Part shown: in pieces, positions 19,485 through 29,498 of the stretch
How positions within the stretch are numbered: the stretch's first letter is position 1
Layout: every line of letters starts with the position of its first letter
From: Pseudomonadota bacterium
Lineage (GTDB): Bacteria > Desulfobacterota > Desulfobacteria > Desulfobacterales > RPRI01
Direction of reading: 5' to 3'
DNA length: 64,000 nucleotides
Assembly (NCBI GenBank): GCA_043825875.1
Contig: JBDRRF010000018.1
Location: 1 to 64,000, forward strand
Notes under the pieces: generated by a model
Databases searched by the model: none
Told to the model about the DNA's origin: nothing
The model's input: the letters and a program-made list of their open reading frames with translations, nothing else
Program-made: the position numbers and the translations under genes

Positions 19485-20549
19485 ATGGCAAACCGAAATG
19501 TTGGCATAAGAATAATGACATTAAAACAACAAAAAACAAAATGCATGAAGTTTAGCTTCAGATTATGGAGTCTGATCACTGTAGCTGGTGCTATTGCCAG
19601 CGCATTGACCATTCTTAGTTTCTTTGGCCATTTATTTTGGATAGCTGACCTTTTTTCTCATTTCAGGGTTCAGTATTTCATTGGCCTTACAGCTGCAGCC
19701 TTGCTTCTTTTGATTCCCCGGAAACGTAAAACAGCCCTCTGCTTCGCCCTGTTGGCTGCGGTTAATCTGTCTACGATTTTGCCTTTTTACATAGGTCAAG
19801 CAGAACGAGCTTCTGGTTCTAAACCGACATTTCGCGCAATGCTTCTTAATGTGAACACCAAATTAGGAAATGCTGACCGTGTCTTAGCGGTGATAAATAA
19901 ATTTGACCCCGACATTGTTGTGCTTGAAGAAGTCAACACCCGATGGATTAATGATCTTCGCCTGGTCACGAACCGATATGGCCACTCCAAGATCCTGCCA
20001 CGAGGGGACAATTTCGGGATCGCTTTCTATAGCAAGCTCCCACTATTAAGGGCAAACATTGTATATATTGGAACTGCCGGAGTGCCTTCTATAGTTGCAG
20101 AAATCGATGCAGCTGGCGAAAAAGCGACGGTAATCGGTACTCATCCGTTGCCGCCGGTCGGCAGCCGTTATTCACACTGGAGAAACGATCAGCTTGAGAA
20201 AATCTCGGATTTTGTCGGCAGCGTAACCTCACCGGTACTACTCCTTGGTGATCTGAATGTGACACCTTGGAGTCACCATTTTAGACAATTGCTGAAACGA
20301 TCTGGGTTGCGCGATGCTTCGCAGGGTCGCGGTATTCAGCCAACATGGCCAACCCAAAACTGTCTCTTGCAAATTCCAATAGACCACTGCCTTCACTCAC
20401 CTGAGATTGTGATAGTACAAAAAGAGATCGGTCCCCATGTCGGTTCTGATCACTATCCGGTCATTGTTGACTTTATTGTAGAATCAAGCGAAAAAACTGA
20501 TATCAAACTATCAGTTAAGGCAAAAGCCAGGATTGGCCCATTTTTATAA
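19485..20549 (+). CDS. Endonuclease/exonuclease/phosphatase (EEP) family protein with N-terminal TM helices
   Basis: LNV, EEV, GDLNVTPWS, IDH, GSDHYP motifs. Confidence 0.85.
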   Translation: MANRNVGIRIMTLKQQKTKCMKFSFRLWSLITVAGAIASALTILSFFGHLFWIADLFSHFRVQYFIGLTAAALLLLIPRKRKTALCFALLAAVNLSTILPFYIGQAERASGSKPTFRAMLLNVNTKLGNADRVLAVINKFDPDIVVLEEVNTRWINDLRLVTNRYGHSKILPRGDNFGIAFYSKLPLLRANIVYIGTAGVPSIVAEIDAAGEKATVIGTHPLPPVGSRYSHWRNDQLEKISDFVGSVTSPVLLLGDLNVTPWSHHFRQLLKRSGLRDASQGRGIQPTWPTQNCLLQIPIDHCLHSPEIVIVQKEIGPHVGSDHYPVIVDFIVESSEKTDIKLSVKAKARIGPFL

Positions 20550-21005
20550 GTTTATGGCAAAGAGAAAGTTTATCCTATTCTATGGAAATTAGTGATAGCC
20601 CTATCTTTGAGTTTATATTTCGGCTGGATTTATTCATTTATTATAATGGTTACTTTTGATGTTTGTAATTATTTTACAATATGCATTAAACGAATAAAAA
20701 AACCATACCAAACTCATTACACTCGATAAGAAAGAAACATTTTATAAAAACAAATACAATTTTAGTCCTTATTATTGCCGTGGTCATACTGCCCTTTTCC
20801 TCAGCAAATGTTGTGGGAAGTGAGTAAACAAAGCTTCCCCTCGTTGCAAGGGCAAATATCGTTACATCTTGAAATGTGAACAGTCGTGCTTTGTGCAAAA
20901 TCTCAAAAACACAAATTCATGATAACTAAATGATAGGTCAGCCTAAATATATTACATATTCACTATTCAAGATGTTATACCAATTACCAAATGGATATTA
21001 AGTAA

Positions 21006-22409
21006 ATGAGCAAATTGATAAAGCTTTTTAAATGGTCGGCTATTGTTTCCATCTGCATACTGTACGGACTTTTAACAGGATCATATGTTACATTCAGGTT
21101 CTGCATAACAGATTTTCACAAACATTGGATGATTATACATCAAGCTGAATCCGTCTTTTTTACTTTGTTGTTTATTTGTTCAGTGATTTCTATTAATCGG
21201 TATTGCCGGAAAAATAATCGTGATGTCGGAGGATATATCAGAAGCGCTTTGGTTGTGGGATTTGCAGTATTACTTATTATAACTTTGTGTGATGAACCTC
21301 TTATAAAAAGCAAATACAATTGGGAAGATGTTGCAGTTCCGGAAAAAGACTCAGTTGAAAGTTATCAAATCATTGCCGACAACTTCGATCATAAAAACCA
21401 GAAAATCGACGTGGATTTGTCGGAAATCGATATAAAAAAAGCCACTTTAAACCCTTTGGCATATGAAGATGCGATACTTGAAAAATGGAAATCTATAAAG
21501 GAAGCCCGCAGTATTATCGACCAATTGAATGAATTTAATGAAATAGCTGATTTGTCCGAACCTGATGAGACCATTGATATCAACATCATGGAATTCGAAT
21601 TTATTGCCCGAGTTTACAGATTATATGCTTTATTTATGATCGAAAAAGAGGAAAGTATTAAAGGCATCCACGAATTGAACAAAATCCATTCAATTGCAAA
21701 AAAAGCGCTTCCTTACGCAAGATACCTTATTAACAAAACGATATGGATAGTTATCGCAGAAAGAAATATTCAAACTGCGTATTCGATTGCGCGCCGTTCA
21801 AAAGTAGATTTGGATGCGATAGAAGAGCTTAAAAAAGGATTTAAGCCGCTTTCAAAAAAAGAGATTTCATATAAAAACGCTTTTATAACCGAATCTTTTT
21901 TCATGCGAAATGAATCAATTAAGGATATGAAAGACATTGGACAAATGGTTGATGGAATTTGCTCATCATTTATCGCATCAGATATTTGCGATTCCTCCTT
22001 TAAACGCTATTACTTGAAACTGATTTTTCCGGTTATTCTGCAAAAAAACAAGACAGCAAATATCATCACAAAAAAACTCGATTTGCTAATAAAAGGGGCA
22101 ACCCTCCATCCTCCGGAATTTGAAACGGCAGGGCTGTCGCAATTGGATAAACCAGTTTTTAAAAATTCGGGGAGCTGGATTTTATTCAACCTTTCCAACA
22201 CCGATTTAACATTTTATCCTATAAGGGCCGCAAAAACTAAGACCTTAAGTGATATTCTGGCCATCTATTTATATAAAAAAACGGGCGCTGAAATAATACT
22301 GGGTGATTACTTCACCGGCGAAAAGTATGTTGAAACATCCGACCCTCTTTTATATAAAAGCCCAGGTTACGACCAAAAATTAAATACGGAAGACGATGTG
22401 TATTTTTAG
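21006..22409 (+). CDS. Hypothetical membrane protein
   Basis: 467-aa ORF, 3 N-terminal TM helices, C-terminal YKSPG.D...TEDD. Confidence 0.65.
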   Translation: MSKLIKLFKWSAIVSICILYGLLTGSYVTFRFCITDFHKHWMIIHQAESVFFTLLFICSVISINRYCRKNNRDVGGYIRSALVVGFAVLLIITLCDEPLIKSKYNWEDVAVPEKDSVESYQIIADNFDHKNQKIDVDLSEIDIKKATLNPLAYEDAILEKWKSIKEARSIIDQLNEFNEIADLSEPDETIDINIMEFEFIARVYRLYALFMIEKEESIKGIHELNKIHSIAKKALPYARYLINKTIWIVIAERNIQTAYSIARRSKVDLDAIEELKKGFKPLSKKEISYKNAFITESFFMRNESIKDMKDIGQMVDGICSSFIASDICDSSFKRYYLKLIFPVILQKNKTANIITKKLDLLIKGATLHPPEFETAGLSQLDKPVFKNSGSWILFNLSNTDLTFYPIRAAKTKTLSDILAIYLYKKTGAEIILGDYFTGEKYVETSDPLLYKSPGYDQKLNTEDDVYF

Positions 22410-22424
22410 CTCATATCATATTAA

Positions 22425-22557
22425 TTGAAACCGCTGGCGTTAAGCGGGTGGCGGATTTATGCTTAAGACTATTAAAAATTTACATACATAGTTTCAGCTC
22501 CAATTGACAAAAGCCGCAACTTATAGCCGCTCCGCCTTCAACGGCCTTGTGATATGG
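22425..22557 (-). other. attC site (DUF3795 cassette)
   Basis: Minus strand CCATATCAC...GCGGAGCGGC / GCCACCCGC...GTTTCAA; left box matches cassette start GTTATATGG with one mismatch. Confidence 0.7.
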
Positions 22558-22571
22558 TTGCAAAGAGCAAA

Positions 22572-23027
22572 TTAAAGCCATGGGTAACATTTTTCACGGG
22601 CTTTGGCCCAATTATTTATGCCCAGCTCTTTTATTTTTCGGAGGTTCTTTAAAGTAGCTTCACCATGAAATGATTTTAAAAAATCAAATTTATCACACCC
22701 TTCAAAATTTTCGCATTCCCAACACCCTTCTAGAGATTTGTTTTTGACGCATTCAATTATTTTACACGTACCTCCGCATCCATCACCATCTGATCCACAG
22801 GGATTTTCACAGTTGATTTCAGAAATTGCTTTTACTGTAGCACAAAATAATTCGAAGTTTTCAAATTCTTTTGTGTGAATTTTTTTAACATTTGCGTATT
22901 CTGCAAAGTGATTTTTATCGATCTCATTTAGCAATTCGTCAGCCAAGTCCGAGGCTCTGCACTTGTAGCGAATGCAATCTCCACAATAGAGGCCACAATA
23001 TCCTGTAAGAATTTTTTCTTTCATCAT
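22572..23027 (-). CDS. DUF3795-family Cys-rich (Fe-S/Zn) protein, cassette gene
   Basis: CGLYCGDC, C.I..C...K...GCWEC..F.GC; upstream extension of the ORF track runs into attC. Confidence 0.75.
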   Translation of the reverse strand: MMKEKILTGYCGLYCGDCIRYKCRASDLADELLNEIDKNHFAEYANVKKIHTKEFENFELFCATVKAISEINCENPCGSDGDGCGGTCKIIECVKNKSLEGCWECENFEGCDKFDFLKSFHGEATLKNLRKIKELGINNWAKAREKCYPWL

Positions 23028-23034
23028 TTCTACC

Positions 23035-23158
23035 ATATAACCACCATCACAGGTGAGTAGGGTTTGCGGACTTCGCAAATGAGAGTTCAATACAAAAATA
23101 GGCCAAAACTAAGGCGACCCGCCCCTGCAAATCCTTTGTGAATGGTGATGTTATAAAT
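23035..23158 (-). other. attC site
   Basis: Minus strand ATTTATAAC-ATCACCATTCACAAAGG ... CCTGTGATGGTG-GTTATAT; stop codon of upstream gene lies in the left box. Confidence 0.8.
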
Positions 23159-23549
23159 CGTTGCTATTCATTTCCTCATAGAAGGATGCCGCAGCATCAT
23201 ACTCACTAACATAATATTCTTTTTCTCCGATAAACCAAATGCCTTTTTTATCCCTTTTGCTGAACATTTCCTCAGTTAGATTTACTCCTGAGGATACCAA
23301 TTGCTCTCGCACTGAGATACCTCTTAACCAAACGCTATGATCAACTTTATATAAGCATTCTTGTGGATCAGTTTCGTTTTTAGTAAAAAAGTCATATACA
23401 ATTTGCGTAGCTTTTTCTTTTGTCTTTTCAGTGCATAAAAAATTTTGAAAATATCCAATGGAATTCCACTTCTTGTCGGAATTACCAAGCGGCGGCATTT
23501 CACACGGTGTTTTGAAATCAACTTGGATTCGTATGATGTAATATCTCAT
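23151..23549 (-). CDS. Hypothetical protein, cassette gene
   Basis: 132-aa ORF bounded by GTTTATAAAT core and ATTTATAAC attC. Confidence 0.7.
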   Translation of the reverse strand: MRYYIIRIQVDFKTPCEMPPLGNSDKKWNSIGYFQNFLCTEKTKEKATQIVYDFFTKNETDPQECLYKVDHSVWLRGISVREQLVSSGVNLTEEMFSKRDKKGIWFIGEKEYYVSEYDAAASFYEEMNSNDL

Positions 23550-23559
23550 AATCTCAATT

Positions 23560-23730
23560 TATAAACGCTCTCACCAGGCGTGGCTGCAATCTGGTGCAGT
23601 TAATTGTAGGCCCAAATTCAGTATGTCATATATCTGAATCCAAGCATTGGAGGTGCTTTTTTCGGAAGCATCATTTGTCCAGAGGCCTACGCGCCGCTGT
23701 AGCCCAATCCGTGTAGGCGGTTGTTAACTG
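23560..23730 (-). other. Degenerate attC site of an empty or deleted cassette
   Basis: Minus strand CAGTTAAC...GGCTACAG / TGCAGCC, GTAGGCC / GGCCTAC ...GTTTATA. Confidence 0.55.
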
Positions 23731-23757
23731 CCATTATGTTGATATTCTACAGATTCC

Positions 23758-23817
23758 ACAAGTAGTTATAAAGCTCTGGATAACTTTATAAATGTAATGA
23801 TATCCGGAAAGATTAAA
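23758..23817 (-). other. attI-like leader, copy 1
   Basis: ACAAGT..TCTG.ATA.CTT.A..GATATCCGGAAAGA.AAA shared with 33783 and 34630; sits at the head of a cassette run. Confidence 0.6.
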
Positions 23818-23970
23818 GCATTAGCATTCTATTGTTTTTTTGTTTAGTTATGCAAAGGCTGGGGCTCCTTTAACAAAAGAATTTAGGAAGATATATAATT
23901 TACTGCCAAATTATTTGCAATAATAAAATGCTTTTAACTTTGCGTATAATTTCCCTTTAGCTTATAGAAA

Positions 23971-24339
23971 TTATTTACCATCACCGATAAGAGGCAATTC
24001 TTTTTCCAGGCTGAAAAACACCAGATATTTGCTTTCTTCTCTGGGATATCTTTTTCTAAGTAATGATTTTAATAATTCGGTATCCTGTTCTTCACGTATC
24101 TTTTTTAAATAAAGTCTTTTTCCTTTATATCCCGGATCATCTTCGATAAAAAGATAACTTGCATAAGGATTGGATTGAAGATTGTGGTGAGTAAGCCTGT
24201 CAAGCATGATGATAGCTATTGTTCCATCTTCAAGAAAATGAGGCCGCGAATATATGGCCGTATTCACCTTTCCATCTTTATCTGCGGTTGCAAACACACT
24301 GGTTCCATTTGTACTTTCAAAATATTCTTTGAGTTCCAT
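23971..24339 (-). CDS. Pyridoxamine 5'-phosphate oxidase-like FMN-binding protein
   Basis: FATADKDG.VN.AIYSRPH, T..NLQSNPYA.YLF. Confidence 0.8.
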   Translation of the reverse strand: MELKEYFESTNGTSVFATADKDGKVNTAIYSRPHFLEDGTIAIIMLDRLTHHNLQSNPYASYLFIEDDPGYKGKRLYLKKIREEQDTELLKSLLRKRYPREESKYLVFFSLEKELPLIGDGK

Positions 24340-24541
24340 GATATACCCCTTTTTTATTCGATAAAATATAAATAGTTTGTTTTTCAGACGGCTTAAATGT
24401 TAATTATCTGTAAATGCGTTTCTATTTCTTATTAAAATGATAATGGCGAAATAAAAAAGGTCAATCTAAAAATTTCTAAAAAATATTATTGATTACATCT
24501 TTTATGAACTCTTACCATAAGGTTTATAAGTTATAGTAAAA

Positions 24542-24571
24542 CTGGATACCGGATCGTAGTCCGGCATGACG
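24542..24571. repeat. Half copy of GTCAT...ATGAC REP-like palindrome
   Basis: CTGGATACCGGATCGTAGTCCGGCATGACG. Confidence 0.7.
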
Positions 24572-24595
24572 GTGAGACTTGAGTGGAGGAAAAGT

Positions 24596-25381
24596 ATGGG
24601 AAAACTTGATGGAAAAGTTGCTGTTATTACCGGTGCAGGCCGTGGGATAGGAAAAGCTACGGCACAACTTTTTTCCAGAGAAGGTGCATCGGTTGTAATA
24701 AATGATACCGATGAAATTGTTGCTGCAAAATCAGCTAAAGATATAGAAGATTCCGGTGGTAAGGCCATTTCTTGCGTTGCTGATATAGTAAATCCTGAAG
24801 ATGCTCAGAGGCTAATGGATACCGCTATTGAGAAATTTGGTGCACTGAATATTCTTGTCAATTGTGCAGGTATCACTCGTGATGCCCCAATCCATAAAAT
24901 GACCGATTTGCAGTGGGATATGGCAATAGATGTAAATCTTAAAGGAACTTTCAATTGTATAAGAGCAGCCGCTAAATATATGCGAATAAAAGGGCATAAC
25001 GGCCGTATTATTAATATATCCTCAATATCAGGAGTAAAAGGTGCGGCTACCCAGGCAAATTATGCTTCCGCCAAGGGTGGAATCATTTCGCTGACCAAAG
25101 TGGTAGCGCATGAATGGGAACGATTTGGAATCACCTGCAACTGTATTGCTTACGGTCCCGTGGACACCCGGCTCACCAGAGCAAGGGAAGAGCAGGAAGA
25201 AGAAGTCGCTGGTGAAAAACTGGGAGTGCCGTTAAAAACACGCAATGATATGATGGAGCGATACGACGGCAGAATTATGTCGCCGGAGGATGCGGCCCAT
25301 CCAATTTTGTTTTTCGCCCTGGATGAATCATGGTGCATAAACGGGAACTGTCTCCAGGCAGCTCTCGGCGGTTTTTCTTAA
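24596..25381 (+). CDS. Short-chain dehydrogenase/reductase (FabG-like)
   Basis: TGAGRGIG, NCAG, YASAK; GGAGG RBS before ATG 24596. Confidence 0.88.
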   Translation: MGKLDGKVAVITGAGRGIGKATAQLFSREGASVVINDTDEIVAAKSAKDIEDSGGKAISCVADIVNPEDAQRLMDTAIEKFGALNILVNCAGITRDAPIHKMTDLQWDMAIDVNLKGTFNCIRAAAKYMRIKGHNGRIINISSISGVKGAATQANYASAKGGIISLTKVVAHEWERFGITCNCIAYGPVDTRLTRAREEQEEEVAGEKLGVPLKTRNDMMERYDGRIMSPEDAAHPILFFALDESWCINGNCLQAALGGFS

Positions 25382-25560
25382 AAAAGCCTTATAAGCGAAT
25401 TTATAATTTTACTTAAAACTACATATTATATATAGGTGAACCAAGGAGAATAACTATCAGAATTACCAATTAAAAACTACTCTCAAATTTCTCCTTAGAA
25501 AAGTATAAACGGAGTATCCGATCTAAAATGTAACCGATGAGTTGCGCACTGCTCACTACT

Positions 25561-25593
25561 TCCCCATTAGAAAAGGGGGATAAAGGGGGTTGT
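25561..25593. repeat. CCCC-TT...AAGGGGG palindromic repeat (left of DUF559)
   Basis: TCCCCATTAGAAAAGGGGGATAAAGGGGGTTGT, inverted relative to 25957-25988. Confidence 0.75.
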
Positions 25594-25594
25594 G

Positions 25595-25981
25595 ATGAAA
25601 ATTTTATATAACCCGAAATTGAAGGCTCTATAACGAAAACTCAGAAAGCAAGGTATTTTATCAGAGGTTTTACTCTGGGAACAATTGAAAAATAGAAAAA
25701 TGAAGGGCTATCAGTTTATGAGGTAAAAGCCTATCGGGAATTATATCGTTGATTTTTATTGCAGCAAACTAAAACTGGTAATTGAAATTGATGGAGAAAC
25801 TCATAATAATAGATTGTTTTATGATAAGAACCGACAGCAGGCATTGGAGGCTGAGGGTTTAACTGTTTTAAGGTTTAATGATAAAGATGTAAAAAAAGAT
25901 ATAGGAAGTGTTTTAACGACTATCGAAGGATGGGTTGAAAGAAATATGAAGACAGAACAACCCCCTAACCCCCTTTGTTAA
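25595..25981 (+). pseudogene. DUF559-family (Vsr-like) endonuclease pseudogene
   Basis: MKILYNPKLKAL*RKLRK..SEVLLW..LK..GYQFMR*KPIGNYIVDFYC..KLVIEIDG.TH..YD..R...L...G.TVLRF; in-frame TAA at 25631 and 25724; absent from the ORF track. Confidence 0.85.
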
Positions 25982-25988
25982 GGGGGAA
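25957..25988. repeat. CCCC-TT...AAGGGGG palindromic repeat (right of DUF559)
   Basis: ACAACCCCCTAACCCCCTTTGTTAAGGGGGAA. Confidence 0.75.
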
Positions 25989-26187
25989 TTAAAGCGGTAC
26001 TTCCTTTATTTCGAGATAATTCACTTGGGTTTACCTTTTATATTATAAGGTTGGTCATATTAAGCCCCAATGCGGTTAACCTGTTAGAAACGTATGCACC
26101 ATTGAATTTTAAGCTTTTTTAGTGTACTTTAAAATAATCGAAGATGTTTTATCTTTGAAATAATACAAATACAAACCTGAGGAAATA

Positions 26188-27930
26188 ATGAGCAACGAAG
26201 ATAACCATAATAAAAATATGAACAAAGCATCCGGTACAGTTGAGGCAGAACCTGTTGCCCCTCCGAATTTTATCCGAAATATTATTTCTAATGACCTTAG
26301 CTCCAATAAGAACAACGGCAGGGTTATGACTAGATTTCCACCTGAACCAAATGGCTATCTTCATATAGGGCATGCAAAATCAATCTGTTTAAATTTTGGT
26401 CTTGCCGAAGAATATAAAGGGCTTTGCAATCTCAGGTTTGACGATACAAATCCTGCTAAAGAAGAAGTCGAATATGTGGATTCGATAAAAGAAGATGTAA
26501 AATGGCTGGGCTTTGACTGGGAAAACCGACTTTATTATGCATCGGATTATTTTGAAAAACTTTACGAATACGCGCTGAATCTGATCAAAAAAGGCAAAGC
26601 CTATGTATGTAGCTTAAATGCTGAAGAAATAAGAAAATATCGTGGCACACTCACAGAGCCTGGCATTGAAAGCCCTTACAGAAGCCGCAGTATTGAAGAA
26701 AATACTGACTTGTTTGAAAAAATGAAAAATGGTGATTTTGAAAACGGATCGCATGTTCTTCGCGCCAGGATTGATATGTCGTCTCCTAATCTGAATATGC
26801 GTGATCCTGTGCTATACCGCATTTTACATGCCGATCATCACCGTACATGCAAAAAATGGTGCATTTATCCCATGTATGATTTTGCACATGGTCTTTCCGA
26901 TTCTATTGAAGGCGTTACGCATTCGATATGCACCCTTGAATTTGAAGATCATCGCCCTCTTTATGACTGGATTCTTGATGCACTGGATATCTTTCATCCG
27001 CAGCAGATCGAATTTGCCCGTCTTAACCTTAACTATACGGTATTGAGCAAAAGAAAACTTCTTGAACTTGTAGAAGGAGAATTTGTTTCCGGATGGGATG
27101 ATCCGAGAATGCCTACAATCTCTGGTTTGAGAAGAAGAGGTTATACGCCTGATGCTATCAGAAATTTTTGTGAGCGTATAGGAGTAGCAAAAAGCAACAG
27201 CATTGTCGATATGGCCCTGCTGGAATTTTGCATTCGTGAAGATTTGAACAAACGTGCTCCTCGTGTTATGGGTGTACTAAATCCGTTAAAAATTGTTATT
27301 GATAACTATCCCGAAGATCTTGTTGAAGAATTTGATGCGATTAATAATCCGGAAGATTCTTCAATGGGTACCAGAAAGATTCCATTTTCCCGTGAAATTT
27401 ATATCGAGAAAGAAGATTTTAGGGAAGATCCGCCGAAAAAATTCTTTCGCCTTTCACTGGGGCGTGAGGTGCGCCTCAAGCAGGCATATTATATTACCTG
27501 TGTAAGTATTGACAAAGATGAAAACACAGGTGAAATAACACAGCTTCATTGCACTTACGATCCGAAAACAAAAGGCGGCTATTCGGATGATGGTAGAAAA
27601 GTCAAGGGTACATTGCACTGGGTTTCGGCTGCACATTGCGTGGAAGCCAAAGTACGTTTGTATGACCGTCTGTTTGTGAAAGAAAATCCGGCTGATGGAA
27701 AAGACGGTAGTAATTTTAAAGATTTTATAAACCCAGGATCTCTTGAAATACTCAAATCGTGTAAAGTCGAACCAGGTCTTTTAAAGGCAACGCCAGGAAG
27801 TATATGCCAGTTTGAAAGACTTGGTTATTTCTGTGTTGACAGCAAAGAATCATCTAAAGACTTACTAGTATTTAACAGAACGGTCACGCTTAGAGATTCA
27901 TGGGCTAAAATTGAACAAAAACAAAAGTAA
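26188..27930 (+). CDS. glnS: Glutamine--tRNA ligase
   Basis: [38 protein letters not shown]. Confidence 0.97.
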   Translation: MSNEDNHNKNMNKASGTVEAEPVAPPNFIRNIISNDLSSNKNNGRVMTRFPPEPNGYLHIGHAKSICLNFGLAEEYKGLCNLRFDDTNPAKEEVEYVDSIKEDVKWLGFDWENRLYYASDYFEKLYEYALNLIKKGKAYVCSLNAEEIRKYRGTLTEPGIESPYRSRSIEENTDLFEKMKNGDFENGSHVLRARIDMSSPNLNMRDPVLYRILHADHHRTCKKWCIYPMYDFAHGLSDSIEGVTHSICTLEFEDHRPLYDWILDALDIFHPQQIEFARLNLNYTVLSKRKLLELVEGEFVSGWDDPRMPTISGLRRRGYTPDAIRNFCERIGVAKSNSIVDMALLEFCIREDLNKRAPRVMGVLNPLKIVIDNYPEDLVEEFDAINNPEDSSMGTRKIPFSREIYIEKEDFREDPPKKFFRLSLGREVRLKQAYYITCVSIDKDENTGEITQLHCTYDPKTKGGYSDDGRKVKGTLHWVSAAHCVEAKVRLYDRLFVKENPADGKDGSNFKDFINPGSLEILKSCKVEPGLLKATPGSICQFERLGYFCVDSKESSKDLLVFNRTVTLRDSWAKIEQKQK

Positions 27931-27931
27931 T

Positions 27932-28074
27932 GAGCCACTTTCAAAACGTTTCAGTTTGGTCAAGCTCAAGGCGGGAGAAAATTTTAACCACAGGAATACA
28001 TTTAGTATTTCGAGGATTAAAATTTGAGCCCAACGCTTAAGATCGGCCAAAATGGGGCGTTTTGAAACTGGCTC
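27932..28074 (-). mobile_element. MITE-like repeat, family A, copy 3 (inverted)
   Basis: Reverse complement of copy 1; starts 1 nt after glnS stop; flanked by TAAT on both sides. Confidence 0.88.
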
Positions 28075-28092
28075 TAATTATTAGGTGATTAT

Positions 28093-28281
28093 ATGGAAAT
28101 AGCCAAAGTTGTAAAAAAATACAGTACAAAGAATCAGCCAAGTGATTTTCGCTATTGGCAGTCGAAATCATATGAAGAGCGATTGTATGCATTAGAACAA
28201 ATAAGAAAAGAATACAACTTATGGAGATATAATGCTGAGCAAGGATTTCAAAGAGTTTATAGAATTATTAAATACAAATAA
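28093..28281 (+). CDS. Small hypothetical protein coupled to nucleotidyltransferase gene
   Basis: AGGTG RBS; D..YW.S.S.EERL.ALE..R pattern; overlaps next ORF. Confidence 0.55.
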   Translation: MEIAKVVKKYSTKNQPSDFRYWQSKSYEERLYALEQIRKEYNLWRYNAEQGFQRVYRIIKYK

Positions 28282-28669
28282 AGTAAAATATCTGGTGGTT
28301 GGTGGATATGCCGTTGCTCTTCACGGTCATCCGCGTTATACTAAGGACATTGATATCTGGATTGAACTATCTCCTGATAATGCTGCCAGAATTTTAATAG
28401 CGCTTGATAATTTTGGTTTTGGCTCGCTTAATCTCAAACCGGAGGATTTTCTTGAAAAAGATCAAATTATACAATTGGGATATCCTCCGAATCGTATTGA
28501 TTTATTAACTACGTTAACGGATTTAAGTTTTGAAGATTGCTACAATGCAAAAGTCCAAATTTTACTTGGAGATGTGGAAATTAATTTTATTGATATCGAA
28601 AATTTAAAGAAAAATAAGCGTGCTACCGGTCGGTTACAGGATATGGCTGATGTGGAGAATTTAGAATAA
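28232..28669 (+). CDS. Minimal nucleotidyltransferase-family protein
   Basis: YLVVGGYAV..HG.PR.T.DID, K.A.GR.QD..D. Confidence 0.8.
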   Translation: MLSKDFKEFIELLNTNKVKYLVVGGYAVALHGHPRYTKDIDIWIELSPDNAARILIALDNFGFGSLNLKPEDFLEKDQIIQLGYPPNRIDLLTTLTDLSFEDCYNAKVQILLGDVEINFIDIENLKKNKRATGRLQDMADVENLE

Positions 28670-28671
28670 AA

Positions 28672-29118
28672 ATGTATCAGATTATAATTAAATGGTTAGT
28701 GCTTACCGCAGCAATAATAGTTACTTCTTATTTAACCCGCGGTATAGCTGTTGATGGTATTTTAACGGCTTTTTTTGCCGCTGCGGTTCTGGGAATCTTG
28801 AATGTTTTTTTAAGACCTATCGCTTTAGTATTAACTCTTCCGATTAATATTGTAAGTTTAGGCTTATTCACTTTTGTTATAAATGCTTTTATGTTGATTT
28901 TAACATCAAAACTTATACCCGGCTTTCATGTTAATGGGTTTTTTGCCGCAATAATCGGTTCATTATTTATAAGTTTTGTCAGTTGGCTTATTAATCTTTT
29001 AGCCGAAGAAAAAGTAACAATTATAAATAAAGAAACCAAGGTAGAAACCAGGGTAAAAAATAATACGAACTCAGAATATATAGATTTAAACGACAAAGGT
29101 GACGGCAAATGGGAATAA
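28672..29118 (+). CDS. YvlD/DUF360 4-TM 'phage holin family' membrane protein
   Basis: LGILN...RP...LTLP...SLGLFTFVINA. Confidence 0.85.
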   Translation: MYQIIIKWLVLTAAIIVTSYLTRGIAVDGILTAFFAAAVLGILNVFLRPIALVLTLPINIVSLGLFTFVINAFMLILTSKLIPGFHVNGFFAAIIGSLFISFVSWLINLLAEEKVTIINKETKVETRVKNNTNSEYIDLNDKGDGKWE

Positions 29119-29283
29119 AAATATTTGTAATAACAAAAAAGTATATTTTTGCTTGACCTTTAATAATATGTATTTTACATAATCAGATGTAGCTATTGTT
29201 TATCTGCTGTTACTTCAGCGCCATGCAAAGGTTTTGAGATCTTTGACATGAAACAAAAACCGTTTTTTAAAAGGAGATTTATT

Positions 29284-29484
29284 TTGGCGACAGGTATTGT
29301 AAAATGGTTCAACGATAAAAAGGGGTTTGGTTTTATCGAAAAGGAAGAGGGCGGGGATGTTTTTGTTCATCATTCAGCGATTACAATGTCAGGTTTCAGA
29401 ACCCTTGCTGAGGGTGACCGGGTTAGCTTTGATGTAGAAGAGGGCAAACAAGGTCCTGCAGCAAAGAACGTGGAAAAAATCTAA
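29284..29484 (+). CDS. csp: Cold-shock protein (CspA family)
   Basis: TTG start after [23 protein letters not shown]. Confidence 0.95.
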   Translation: MATGIVKWFNDKKGFGFIEKEEGGDVFVHHSAITMSGFRTLAEGDRVSFDVEEGKQGPAAKNVEKI

Positions 29485-29498
29485 TTTTCAGTCATCTT

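Noticed and set aside
20550..20830. Possible degraded membrane-protein gene between the EEP gene and 21006
   Set aside because: Hydrophobic frame fragments without a clear start or recognisable family
14179..25726. In-frame stops as recoding (selenocysteine, pyrrolysine or alternative code)
   Set aside because: Stops are a mix of TAG, TAA and TGA at non-catalytic positions in accessory genes, while housekeeping genes are uninterrupted; decay is the simpler explanation
28672..29118. 'Phage holin' gene as evidence of a prophage
   Set aside because: YvlD/DUF360 is a common chromosomal membrane protein; no phage structural or replication genes are present
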